Shown here: positions 14,892 to 23,031 of the stretch, piece after piece | Position numbering within the stretch: the stretch's first letter is position 1 | Layout of the letters: every line of letters starts with the position of its first letter | From: Candidatus Nanobsidianus stetteri | GTDB lineage: Archaea > Nanobdellota > Nanobdellia > Nanobdellales > Nanobdellaceae | Length of the DNA: 23,031 bases | Direction of reading: 5' to 3' | NCBI RefSeq assembly: GCF_003086415.1 | Contig: NZ_QEFP02000001.1 | Location: forward strand, 1-23,031 | Notes under the pieces: generated by a model | What the model saw: only the letters and a program-made list of their open reading frames with translations | Database searches by the model: none | What the model was told of the DNA's origin: nothing | Translations under genes and position numbers: made by a program

Positions 14892-16553
14892 CTATTCTTC
14901 AACTTCTCCCTCTTCTCCTGATTTACTTGATGATCCTTCTCCTCCCGTTGATTTTCCTACTGCAGCAATAACATCATCTATCTTCAATATCATTATAGCA
15001 GCTTCTACTGCAGACTTTATAGCTTGTATAGTAATATTTGCTGGTTCTATTACATTTTTCTCCCACATATCTGCAACTTTACCTTCAATTGCATCAATTC
15101 CAGCCCATTTTTTACCTTGCTCATGTAATGCTCTTAATTGTGTCATTGCTTCTATAGTATCCATACCAGCATTTTCTGCCAATGCAGCTGGTATTGCTTC
15201 TAATGCATCTGCAAATGCTAGCATTGCCATTTGTACTTTTGATGATTCCTTTTTTGCTTCTTTTCTTATTCCTTCTGCTAATTCCATTTCCAATGCACCA
15301 CCCCCAGCGATTACTTTTCCATATTTAATTACTGTTGCAACATCTTTAATTGCATCATTTATAGATCTTTCAATCTCATCTGCAACATGCTCAGATCCTG
15401 CTCTTATTAATATTGTAACAGCCTTTGGATTTCTACATCCAGTTATAAATATCATATTTTCATCTGCAACTTTTCTTTCTTCAACTAATTCCGCATATCC
15501 CAAATCATTTTCTGATAATTCATCAATGGAATTTACAATTTTTCCACCAGTTGCTTTAGCTATTTTTTCCATATCTGATTTCTTAACTCTTCTTACCGCT
15601 AATATTCCATATTTTGCCAAATAATAAGCTGCTAAATCATCAACTCCTTTTTGTACAAATACAACATTTGCTCCTACTTCTCTTATCTTTTCTACCATTT
15701 TCCTTAACATCTCTCTTTCCTTATTCAAGAATTGTTCTAATTGATCTGGTGAAGATATATTTATCCTAGCATCTGTTTCTGTTTCTTTAATTTCAATGGC
15801 ATCACCTATTAATGCTATCTTTGCTTTTGAAACAACCTTTGGCATTTCTCCATGTATTTTTTCCTTATCTATTACTATTCCATCTATTAGTGATGTTTCT
15901 TCCACACCACCACCAATTTTCTTTTCAATCTTTAATGAATCAAGATCTACAATTATTTTCTTTTCTCCATTTGATAGTTCTACAACATCCGTTACTTTCC
16001 TAACAGCATCAACAACTATTTTTGCCAATTTATCTGAATAAAGTGATGCTATTTTTGATGATAATGCAGACTTTGCAACCTTTATTAATATTTCTTCATC
16101 ATTCATTGATACCTTTTGAGCTAACTTATTTACTAATTCTTCAGCAATAACTGCTGCCTTACTATAACCTTCCATAATAACTGTTGGATGTATATTTTTA
16201 TCCAATAATTCATCCGCTCTCTTTAATAATTCACCTGCCAAAACTGTAGATCTTTTAGTACCATCACCAACTTCTTTATCTTGTGTTTTTGCTATTTCTA
16301 TTATTAACTTAGCAGCAGGATGCTCAACATGCATTTGATCCAATATTGTTGCCCCATCATTTGTAACAGTTATATCTCCCAATTCATCTACTAACATTTT
16401 ATCCATTCCCCTTGGTCCTAAAGATGTTTTTAATATTTCCGATACCAATACAGCTGCCATGATGTTTGATCTCATTGCTTCTCTACCTATTGTTCTCGCA
16501 TATTTTTCTGGAGATAATACAATAGGATATAATCCTTTTTTCTCTTCTGCCAT
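14892..16553 (-). CDS. ths: Thermosome subunit (group II chaperonin)
   Basis: Carries LGPRGMDKMLV, VTNDGATIL, EVGDGTK and VAGGGALEMELA, the hallmark group II chaperonin motifs, at full length (553 aa). Confidence 0.95.
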   Translation of the reverse strand: MAEEKKGLYPIVLSPEKYARTIGREAMRSNIMAAVLVSEILKTSLGPRGMDKMLVDELGDITVTNDGATILDQMHVEHPAAKLIIEIAKTQDKEVGDGTKRSTVLAGELLKRADELLDKNIHPTVIMEGYSKAAVIAEELVNKLAQKVSMNDEEILIKVAKSALSSKIASLYSDKLAKIVVDAVRKVTDVVELSNGEKKIIVDLDSLKIEKKIGGGVEETSLIDGIVIDKEKIHGEMPKVVSKAKIALIGDAIEIKETETDARINISSPDQLEQFLNKEREMLRKMVEKIREVGANVVFVQKGVDDLAAYYLAKYGILAVRRVKKSDMEKIAKATGGKIVNSIDELSENDLGYAELVEERKVADENMIFITGCRNPKAVTILIRAGSEHVADEIERSINDAIKDVATVIKYGKVIAGGGALEMELAEGIRKEAKKESSKVQMAMLAFADALEAIPAALAENAGMDTIEAMTQLRALHEQGKKWAGIDAIEGKVADMWEKNVIEPANITIQAIKSAVEAAIMILKIDDVIAAVGKSTGGEGSSSKSGEEGEVEE

Positions 16554-16600
16554 ATATATATTATATATATAAGACTTATAAGTTTTGGACAGAAAATTTT

Positions 16601-17107
16601 TTATTGATTTGATTTTTCCTTATTTTCTATTAATCTTTTTATTTCTTTTATTATATTATTAATATCATCTTCTTTATTGTTATAAAAAACATAATACTCT
16701 TTTTTCATTTCCTCTAATTCATCTTCTATAACTTCAAGGTTCATTGCCCATATATTTGTAAAAATCTTATGATATGTATAATTTCTTTCTTTTGATAATC
16801 TCTCATATAGTATATTTGGGTCTGCTCTTATAACAATATATAAATCCCCTTTATCATATAAATGTGCAAAATTTCCTTCTATAATAATATATTTACTATT
16901 TAAATTTTTTATATAATTATCAATTTCTTGAAATAACTTATTTTCATCTACTATATATGTTTGTTCTGCTTCATCATATTCTTCATATAAATTATTCTTA
17001 ATTGCAAAATCATTAATATCAATTAAAACAGCATTTATTTCTTTTGCCAATCTCTTTGCTATTGTGCTTTTTCCAACACCGGGTACTCCTGTTATACAAA
17101 TAATCAT
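16601..17107 (-). CDS. fap7: Fap7/AK6-like putative adenylate kinase / NTPase (ribosome biogenesis factor homolog)
   Basis: Shows MIICITGVPGVGKSTIAKRLAKE (P-loop), YDEAEQTYIVDENKL, IIIEGNFAH and VIRADPNILYERL. The size (168 aa) and motif order match archaeal Fap7-type kinases. Confidence 0.65.
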   Translation of the reverse strand: MIICITGVPGVGKSTIAKRLAKEINAVLIDINDFAIKNNLYEEYDEAEQTYIVDENKLFQEIDNYIKNLNSKYIIIEGNFAHLYDKGDLYIVIRADPNILYERLSKERNYTYHKIFTNIWAMNLEVIEDELEEMKKEYYVFYNNKEDDINNIIKEIKRLIENKEKSNQ

Positions 17108-17850
17108 TTCTTTCTTATTACAAATTCTGTTTTTGGATCTTTATATAATGTAGATTTATTTATTGCTATCATTGGTATTCCAAACAGAGTACTTAATAAT
17201 CCCTCAAAATATCCTTCCATGAAATATTCTTTTATTTCTACATTTTTTTCCTTTAATATGTCTTCTATATCTTTTAATATTAAAGATTCTATAGATGAAT
17301 TTAATGTAATTAAGAAATCTAATGCTTTAATATCAATGAATATATCTTCTATTTTTCCAAAACCAAATTTCTCAGTCAACTTAATTATTTCTTTTAGATA
17401 TTCTTCATTTAAAACTCTCTCTATTCCAGAATACATCTTATATGTAGTAGAAATTATAATGCCAAATCTTTTTCCAGAATCTCTAATGAAATTTAGATTA
17501 TTTATTTCTAAAGCCTGTAAATATAAAACCTGAAATATTTCTGATGGAATTATTAAGAATTTTATATCAGAAATACTATAAAATTCGTTTTTATCTTTTC
17601 TAATTAATCTTATTATTGGCGTATTTCCATGAATCATCTCTAAAAAGTTTACATCTTCATTTATATACCATATTTTTGCTTTTCCGACAACTCTATAATT
17701 TAAATATCCTCTCTCTTTTAATATTTCAAGATGTTTAGATAATGTAATTCTATTAATATTTAAGATTTTTGATAATTCAGATATAGTCAATCCATAAGCA
17801 TTCTGTTTAAGAACCTCCAATAATTTCTCATCCACATCATTAGTACTCAT
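17104..17850 (-). CDS. Winged-helix transcriptional regulator with C-terminal putative V4R-like ligand-binding domain
   Basis: The N-terminal LTISELSKILNINRITLSKHLEILKERGYLNYRVVGKAKIWY is a wHTH. The C-terminal part (DSGKRFG...EKFGFGKIE...FMEGYFEGLLSTLFG) resembles V4R domains; this part is tentative. Its stop overlaps the fap7-like ATG (ATGA). Confidence 0.55.
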   Translation of the reverse strand: MSTNDVDEKLLEVLKQNAYGLTISELSKILNINRITLSKHLEILKERGYLNYRVVGKAKIWYINEDVNFLEMIHGNTPIIRLIRKDKNEFYSISDIKFLIIPSEIFQVLYLQALEINNLNFIRDSGKRFGIIISTTYKMYSGIERVLNEEYLKEIIKLTEKFGFGKIEDIFIDIKALDFLITLNSSIESLILKDIEDILKEKNVEIKEYFMEGYFEGLLSTLFGIPMIAINKSTLYKDPKTEFVIRKK

Positions 17851-17867
17851 TAATATTTTTTAGAATT

Positions 17868-17883
17868 AGAAAATTTATATATA
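17868..17883 (+). promoter_or_regulatory. BRE/TATA promoter for the 17903 gene
   Basis: AGAAAATTTATATATA, with the TATA centre about 25 nt upstream of the ATG at 17903. It shares the consensus seen at the pilin-like gene promoters. Confidence 0.45.
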
Positions 17884-17902
17884 TTTATCAAAAGATTAAT
17901 AT

Positions 17903-18535
17903 ATGAAAAGAGAAAAAGTTATTAATTTATTGATTTTAGTCATAGCTTTTATAATTTTAGTATTAATAATAACTATCAAATCTAAAATAATAAATTATAC
18001 AAATAATATTAATAACAATCAGACCTATGTATATACAAATCCAAATAATATAACAATTGCCGGACCATATAATATTACACAATTAGAATTTATACCAATA
18101 TATTCAAATACAAGTTTATATAATTCATTAAATAACTATAAATATCAAGTATTTATTTTTGATCCAACATTAAGTGGATATTATAACGCAGAAATCCTCT
18201 ATATATTGATATATTTATTAAAATATAATAAAAATTTAATATATGCATGTTCTTTCTACTATAATGGTCCTGGATGCAAATATTTTTTAGAAAATAATAG
18301 TATAAACGATAATTATATTTTCTTATATACTACATATAACAATAATGAAAATTTAACATATATTCTACCAAGAAATGAAACATTATTAATATATTTATTA
18401 CCAACAAACGATTCTTATGGAATAATATTTAATAATCAAAACAATACAGTTATTATATATAATAATAATAGCATAATTGCTGAAGAAATGGCTGAGAAGT
18501 TTATATTATACTATTATGGAATTATCAATAGTTAA
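17903..18535 (+). CDS. Hypothetical N-terminally anchored, Asn/Tyr-rich probable surface glycoprotein
   Basis: MKREKVINLLILVIAFIILVLIITIKSK is a signal anchor. The remaining 180 aa contain 11 N-x-S/T sequons by my count (NYT, NQT, NIT x2, NTS, NNS x2, NLT, NET, NDS, NNT). Confidence 0.5.
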   Translation: MKREKVINLLILVIAFIILVLIITIKSKIINYTNNINNNQTYVYTNPNNITIAGPYNITQLEFIPIYSNTSLYNSLNNYKYQVFIFDPTLSGYYNAEILYILIYLLKYNKNLIYACSFYYNGPGCKYFLENNSINDNYIFLYTTYNNNENLTYILPRNETLLIYLLPTNDSYGIIFNNQNNTVIIYNNNSIIAEEMAEKFILYYYGIINS

Positions 18536-18974
18536 GGGAATATTAAATTATCAGTTTGGAGATAATATTGGAGATAAAATAATTGAAAAATATAAAGAAA
18601 AAATAAAAATTGAAAAAAGCAAAAAAACTGGGAGAATAAGAAGAATATATATAGATGATAAATTATTTGGAACAATAGAACCAACAACAGGATTTATTAT
18701 ATTAACGTTTTATGGAGGATTAATAGTAAAAGAACTGTTAAAATTTCCAAAGTATAGGATTGTTGTAAAAGATGAAGCAGTAAAATTTATAAAAGAGGGA
18801 AAATCTGTATTTAATAAATTTGTTGATAATTTGGATGAAAATATATTGCCAAAAGATATTGTATTAATAGTAGATAAAAATGATAATTTACTAGCAATAG
18901 GAGAAAGTTTATTATCTGGAAAAGAAATTAAAGATTTTAAAATAGGAGTTGCTGCAAAAGTAAAAAATGTTTGA
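18516..18974 (+). CDS. PUA domain-containing RNA-binding protein
   Basis: The N-terminal ILNYQFGDNIG motif and the C-terminal PUA-like segment (VKFIKEGKSVFNKFVDNLDENILPKDIVLIVDKNDNLLAIGESLLSGKEI) support the call. The ORF opens at 18477, but Met-14 (18516) gives the conserved N-terminus. Confidence 0.6.
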   Translation: MELSIVKGILNYQFGDNIGDKIIEKYKEKIKIEKSKKTGRIRRIYIDDKLFGTIEPTTGFIILTFYGGLIVKELLKFPKYRIVVKDEAVKFIKEGKSVFNKFVDNLDENILPKDIVLIVDKNDNLLAIGESLLSGKEIKDFKIGVAAKVKNV

Positions 18975-19527
18975 ATATATAATAAAAAAATATTATGGTA
19001 AATTAATAGATTATGCAAAAAGTAATAAAATATTAAGAAAGGAATTACTTTTATCTATATTTTTTGCAAATATGTTAATATACTCAATACCGCTATTTTT
19101 ATTTAGTTATTATTATATTGTTTTACCATATAATTTTTTGATAAGTTATTCAGAAATTATATCAAAGATATTATACTATTCTCATATAAATTTTACGTTA
19201 GAAAATAATGTTGTATATATAAAAAATATAAGTTTTATAATTGATCAAGAATGCACTGGCTTTAAATCAATATTTGGTATATTTGCCCTAGTATTTTCTA
19301 CACCTACATTAAATATAAAGAAAAAAATATATTATTTCATTATTCTTTCGCCAATATTGTTTATATTAAATATATTTAGGTTATGGTCTGTCTTTTATTT
19401 TTATTACATATTTAATGTTAATCCCTATTTCTTACATGATTTTTTATGGGAAATATTTACAACACTGTTTTTAATTATTTTTTGGCTAATATTTTTAATA
19501 AAAAATAAAAAAGAATTATTCGTTTAA
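18967..19527 (+). CDS. Small archaeosortase/exosortase-family protein (putative)
   Basis: It is a polytopic 186-aa protein with the family's ordered signature as I recall it: a loop then IIDQECTGFKSIFGIFAL (Cys96), ILNIFRLW (Arg138) and FLHDFLWEIF (His157). Its ATG overlaps the PUA gene stop by 8 nt. Confidence 0.5.
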   Translation: MFEYIIKKYYGKLIDYAKSNKILRKELLLSIFFANMLIYSIPLFLFSYYYIVLPYNFLISYSEIISKILYYSHINFTLENNVVYIKNISFIIDQECTGFKSIFGIFALVFSTPTLNIKKKIYYFIILSPILFILNIFRLWSVFYFYYIFNVNPYFLHDFLWEIFTTLFLIIFWLIFLIKNKKELFV

Positions 19528-19782
19528 GCTTTCTAGAATTTTCTTAATATTTTCATACAATTTTGGACTTATTTTTTCAATATAAATTATATTATTATTT
19601 TTTATATAAAATCTTACATAATCCCCAGAATTTAAATTATTCATATCTATAGATTTATCAAATGAATAATCTTTCCCATTTATTTCTATTATTACTTTAT
19701 CCTTCATCATATTCTTTATTTTTCCATATATTATTCCCTCTTTTATATAATCAAATGACTCATACATAAAAAATATTTTCAT
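19516..19782 (-). CDS. Hypothetical small protein (88 aa)
   Basis: The ORF abuts the upstream SpoIIM-like gene with no gap and has coding-like composition. It matches no recognisable motif. Confidence 0.4.
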   Translation of the reverse strand: MKIFFMYESFDYIKEGIIYGKIKNMMKDKVIIEINGKDYSFDKSIDMNNLNSGDYVRFYIKNNNIIYIEKISPKLYENIKKILESLNE

Positions 19783-20583
19783 TTAAATAATATAAGCCTC
19801 TATTAATGCTGCTATAAATATAAATAATATAGATAAAACAAATAATGCTAAAGAATCTGAAAGTATAATTTCCAAAGTTTTTCTATCAAGGTTTTTTATA
19901 AATGCTATTGATAAAATATTACCAGCCAATGCTGCTAAGAAATATCCTAAAAATTCTAATATTCCATGTGGTAAAATTTCTAATAAACTAAAAGTTGGGA
20001 TTAAAATAAATTTATATATAATATTATTTGAAACATATTCTGATGCTCTTAAACCTAAGAATACCCCAATAATTGATGCATTCCATAATAATAAATATAT
20101 AGACCCAGCACCAAATATTATTGAAAATGAGAAAAATAACAATAAAACTGTCATATTATTAAATAATATGTATGTAAAGAAAGTATTTGGATATATTGCA
20201 TGTCCATAACTTAGAGCAATTACATTTTCCCTTATATCTTCTATTGCTTGTATTTGTGGATAAAATAAATTATAATTTATTAGATAACCTATATAGAATC
20301 CAATTATTGATGCAAAAAATATTACAAAAGACATTATAAAATATTCTTTATATCTGAAAAATAGGTTTCTCTTTGATTTTATCTTTTCAGATATTTTTTC
20401 ATCTTTTTCTATTAATTTATTGTATATTTGAACAAAAGGAACTAAAGATATTGCAATTATTAATATCCCACCATATGGTCCAGATTTTAATGATAATAAT
20501 GTAGAAAATACTATTATTAATATACTTAGAAAGAACAATATAAAATAATTATACCTTATCTTTTCTATCAGGATATCATACAT
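19783..20583 (-). CDS. SpoIIM-like (DUF95) integral membrane protein
   Basis: It has five to six TM segments. The LLEILPHGILEFLGYFLAALAG motif is characteristic of the stage II sporulation protein M / DUF95 family. Confidence 0.5.
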   Translation of the reverse strand: MYDILIEKIRYNYFILFFLSILIIVFSTLLSLKSGPYGGILIIAISLVPFVQIYNKLIEKDEKISEKIKSKRNLFFRYKEYFIMSFVIFFASIIGFYIGYLINYNLFYPQIQAIEDIRENVIALSYGHAIYPNTFFTYILFNNMTVLLLFFSFSIIFGAGSIYLLLWNASIIGVFLGLRASEYVSNNIIYKFILIPTFSLLEILPHGILEFLGYFLAALAGNILSIAFIKNLDRKTLEIILSDSLALFVLSILFIFIAALIEAYII

Positions 20584-21305
20584 AATAAAAATTCCAACTC
20601 TATTTTATTTAAATTTGACGGTATTATAATACATATAGGAGGATCTAAATTCATATTTAATAATTCCTTTATTTCTTTATAGTATATTTTTTCATTTTTT
20701 CTATTTAGATTAGAACATACAATTAACTTAAAATTTTCACTAAAAATTTTTTCTCTTTTATTATCTATTTCTAATAATCTTTTTATCGCTTCTTTATGAT
20801 CTAAATATTTATTATTTATTGGATCTAAATCTAATAAGACCAAAGTATGTAAATTATTTTTATAATTTCTTATAATATAATCATAAAATTCTGTAGATTC
20901 ATGAAATGATATAGAAACCGTCCTTCCAAACTTATATAAAAATAACCCTATTTTTCCAATTTCATCAAATATAGATGGGGAATTTATTATTTTAAATTCT
21001 ATATTATTCTTCTTACAAAGTTCAATAAAATACATATGAGTAGTAGCAAATAGAGGATTTCCCGATGTTATTAATATTATTTTTTTATCCCTATTATTTA
21101 ATATTATTTTTTCTAATTCTAATTCTACAAAATTTCTATCAACAATATTTATATCTTTTCTTATATTTAATAAAAATTCTTTTGTCTCTTTATCAATAAA
21201 ATTTGTATAATATTCTAGAAATATTAAATCTGCATTTTTTATTTCTTCTATTAATCCATAAGGTATCTCATCTTTATTTTGTCCCAGTCCAGATAATATA
21301 AACAT
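20568..21305 (-). CDS. dphB: Diphthine synthase (Dph5, SAM-dependent tetrapyrrole-methylase fold)
   Basis: MFILSGLGQNKDEIPYGLIEEIKNADLIFLEYYTN and ITSGNPLFATTH match diphthine synthase. The start is placed at Met-18 (21305), 1 nt after the PolD stop. The longer ORF (to 21356) would overlap PolD by 50 nt. Confidence 0.85.
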   Translation of the reverse strand: MFILSGLGQNKDEIPYGLIEEIKNADLIFLEYYTNFIDKETKEFLLNIRKDINIVDRNFVELELEKIILNNRDKKIILITSGNPLFATTHMYFIELCKKNNIEFKIINSPSIFDEIGKIGLFLYKFGRTVSISFHESTEFYDYIIRNYKNNLHTLVLLDLDPINNKYLDHKEAIKRLLEIDNKREKIFSENFKLIVCSNLNRKNEKIYYKEIKELLNMNLDPPICIIIPSNLNKIELEFLLCMIS

Positions 21306-21306
21306 T

Positions 21307-23031
21307 TTATAAATTAAAGAAATCTTTAATTTGCTTTTCCTTAGATTGATTTCCAAATGTTTGATCTATTTTCATTTTCAATGCTTTTAAGCTAGAACTT
21401 GTATATTCATCCAATTTCAATTTTTCGGCTAACCATAAACTTGGCTCTAAATATTTTACAACACTACCATAATGAACTGTCATTACAATTCTTCCTCCAC
21501 ATCTATCACATTTTCCAGATAAAGGAGGTCTTCTAAATCTTTTATTACATTTTATACATCTAAATTCTTGTTCAGAAAACTTTCTCAAATTACCTTTAAT
21601 ATCTCTTGCAAAATGTAAATTTATTACCAAACTTGCAACAGTACTTGGATCTACAGATCTTAATAATTTTGCCAATTTTAATTCAAAATTCAATTTCTCC
21701 AACATTTCTCCCAAAGATTTATATGCAGAAACCTTATTTCCATTTTCACTAATAGAATTTATATCATGCATAAATCCCCAATTTACATATTCTGTTGGTG
21801 TATCAATTCTTTCTTTAAATATTTGTATTTTTACAGATTCTGGAGGTTTATATTGTAATGCTGCTTCATATAATTCTAGTGGATAATTCCAAACAGTATC
21901 AAACTTTTGTACTTCATCATCTATCTCCATCCCTTTAACCTTTATTGTAATTGTTAATGGAGCATCCATAGTTCCTCCCCTTTTATCTGGTAAATATTCC
22001 CTAGAAAAGTTTAATAGAGCATCTAATAATAATAATACTGTTCCTTCATCTCCGTCACAGTTTCTTCTAATTGCAGCATGCATCATTGGATGCATAAGTA
22101 AAGCCTGAGTTCTTGAAAATCCAATTATTCTTCCAACAGTACCTGCAGAAGTATGTGGGGCTAAAACAATTAATAGATGACCTAATAAATCTTCTGGTCT
22201 CTTTACATTATAATATTTATTCATTTTATATAATCTTTCCAATTCTTCATCAATAAATTTGGCAGTATTTATTAAAGAGATTAAGAATCCATCTTTCTTT
22301 AATTTACCGCCTTTCTTTAATGGACCAATTGTTGGTAATATAATATCTTGAGGTTTTAATTCTAATATTTGATCTTCACTTTCCAATGGATTTCCATAAA
22401 TATCATGTGTATATCCCAATTCTTTCAATTTTTCTATTGGAGTATATACTAAATCTTTTGGTTTAAAATATGTAATCGGTACTTCTATAGCATCAAATCT
22501 TACCGTTCCATCCCTAAATACAAATATACCATATTTTGCCCTCAATATTCCCTTTTCCAATCTCTCTGGTTGTTTATTTCTTGAACTTAAACCTTCTGGT
22601 CCCTTTATTATTTTTGGCAATTGAGAGGGATCTAATCCCAAATTTTTTAATGCTGCTTCTATATATTTTGAGATCTGTATTGCATATTTTTTATGTTCTT
22701 TTCCATCTTCTGTCTTTAACAATTTTGTTTCTGAATTACAGAATATACATTTTTTATATGGAACATATATTTTACAATTTGGACAATAATATGTTCTTAA
22801 ATCCGAAACAATTTTCTGATATTTCATTGATTCTAAAAGATTTCTCATTCTTCCTCCTTCTTCTCCTACAGGAAATAGAACCATTATTGAACCTTTTAAT
22901 TCTCTAATCTTTGCTTTTTCAGGTCTTCCCATTCTAACTCCAATATATATACAATTAGGATATTTTGAAAAAGTTCCTGAACTAAATAATGAAAAAAATG
23001 GATATGAATTAATAAATAAAATATCAAAAGT
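21307..23031 (-). CDS. polC: DNA polymerase II (PolD) large subunit DP2, C-terminal portion (5'-partial; continues beyond the window)
   Basis: Carries GVRMGRPEKAKIRELKG, Zn-finger Cys clusters (CPNCKIY...CIFCNSE; CIKCNKRFRRPPLSGKCDRCGG) and NCDGDEGTV. I checked that the frame stays open from 22933 to 23031 (…NCIYIGVRMGRPEK), so the listed Met at 22932 is internal. Confidence 0.9.
   Translation of the reverse strand, partial: TFDILFINSYPFFSLFSSGTFSKYPNCIYIGVRMGRPEKAKIRELKGSIMVLFPVGEEGGRMRNLLESMKYQKIVSDLRTYYCPNCKIYVPYKKCIFCNSETKLLKTEDGKEHKKYAIQISKYIEAALKNLGLDPSQLPKIIKGPEGLSSRNKQPERLEKGILRAKYGIFVFRDGTVRFDAIEVPITYFKPKDLVYTPIEKLKELGYTHDIYGNPLESEDQILELKPQDIILPTIGPLKKGGKLKKDGFLISLINTAKFIDEELERLYKMNKYYNVKRPEDLLGHLLIVLAPHTSAGTVGRIIGFSRTQALLMHPMMHAAIRRNCDGDEGTVLLLLDALLNFSREYLPDKRGGTMDAPLTITIKVKGMEIDDEVQKFDTVWNYPLELYEAALQYKPPESVKIQIFKERIDTPTEYVNWGFMHDINSISENGNKVSAYKSLGEMLEKLNFELKLAKLLRSVDPSTVASLVINLHFARDIKGNLRKFSEQEFRCIKCNKRFRRPPLSGKCDRCGGRIVMTVHYGSVVKYLEPSLWLAEKLKLDEYTSSSLKALKMKIDQTFGNQSKEKQIKDFFNL

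Noticed and set aside
14839-15624. 261-aa plus-strand ORF, together with 15796-16041 and 15812-16003, opposite the thermosome gene
   Set aside because: These are shadow ORFs antisense to a confidently identified, highly conserved chaperonin. The translation is low-complexity (S/A/I/F-rich) with no motifs, and the stop-free antisense frame follows from the codon bias of the real gene.
22536-22907. 123-aa plus-strand ORF inside the PolD gene
   Set aside because: It is antisense to the conserved DP2 sequence and has no motifs. The same reasoning applies to 2049-2246, 2652-2855, 14414-14626, 17219-17533 and 18710-19018.
1-23031. CRISPR arrays, insertion sequences, integrases or prophage remnants
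   Set aside because: No regularly spaced direct repeats, terminal inverted repeats, or transposase/integrase-like ORFs were seen on either strand. The only sizeable repeat is the tandem pilin-like gene duplication.

Overview
Very AT-rich (clearly >70% A+T by eye), tightly packed archaeal chromosome segment with about 28 protein genes. I found no rRNA, tRNA, CRISPR array or transposase: no GC-rich island and no direct-repeat/spacer periodicity. Confident housekeeping calls are ribosomal protein uS4 (plus a probable uS13 tail at the left edge), Cbf5, RNase HII, Mre11-Rad50, a thermosome subunit, a Fap7-like kinase, diphthine synthase, and the C-terminal part of the PolD large subunit, which runs off the right edge. 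Less certain calls are a KaiC-like ATPase, a DsrE-like protein, a TSUP/TauE permease, an HTH regulator, a PUA protein, a small archaeosortase-like protein and a SpoIIM-like membrane protein. Many neighbouring genes overlap by 1-4 nt. BRE/TATA-like motifs (AGAAAAnTTTATAT) sit about 25 nt upstream of several ATGs, which implies leaderless mRNAs. The gene content and compaction suggest a small-genome archaeon, possibly DPANN/Nanoarchaeota-like; this is inference only. The most interesting region is about 9.5-14.9 kb. It holds a FlaI/PilB-family ATPase preceded by three uncharacterised genes: one coiled-coil protein and two with pilin-like N-terminal hydrophobic helices. Facing it convergently is a tandem pair of small six-cysteine pilin-like paralogs. 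Their genes share a 171-nt perfectly identical core flanked by strongly diverged segments and carry different low-complexity spacers. No PilC/FlaJ platform gene or prepilin peptidase is present in the window. This looks like a non-canonical type IV filament or adhesion locus with a variable surface subunit. It is flanked by DNA-transaction genes: an orf154-mre11-rad50 operon lacking herA/nurA on one side, and an RPA-like OB-fold gene inside the locus.
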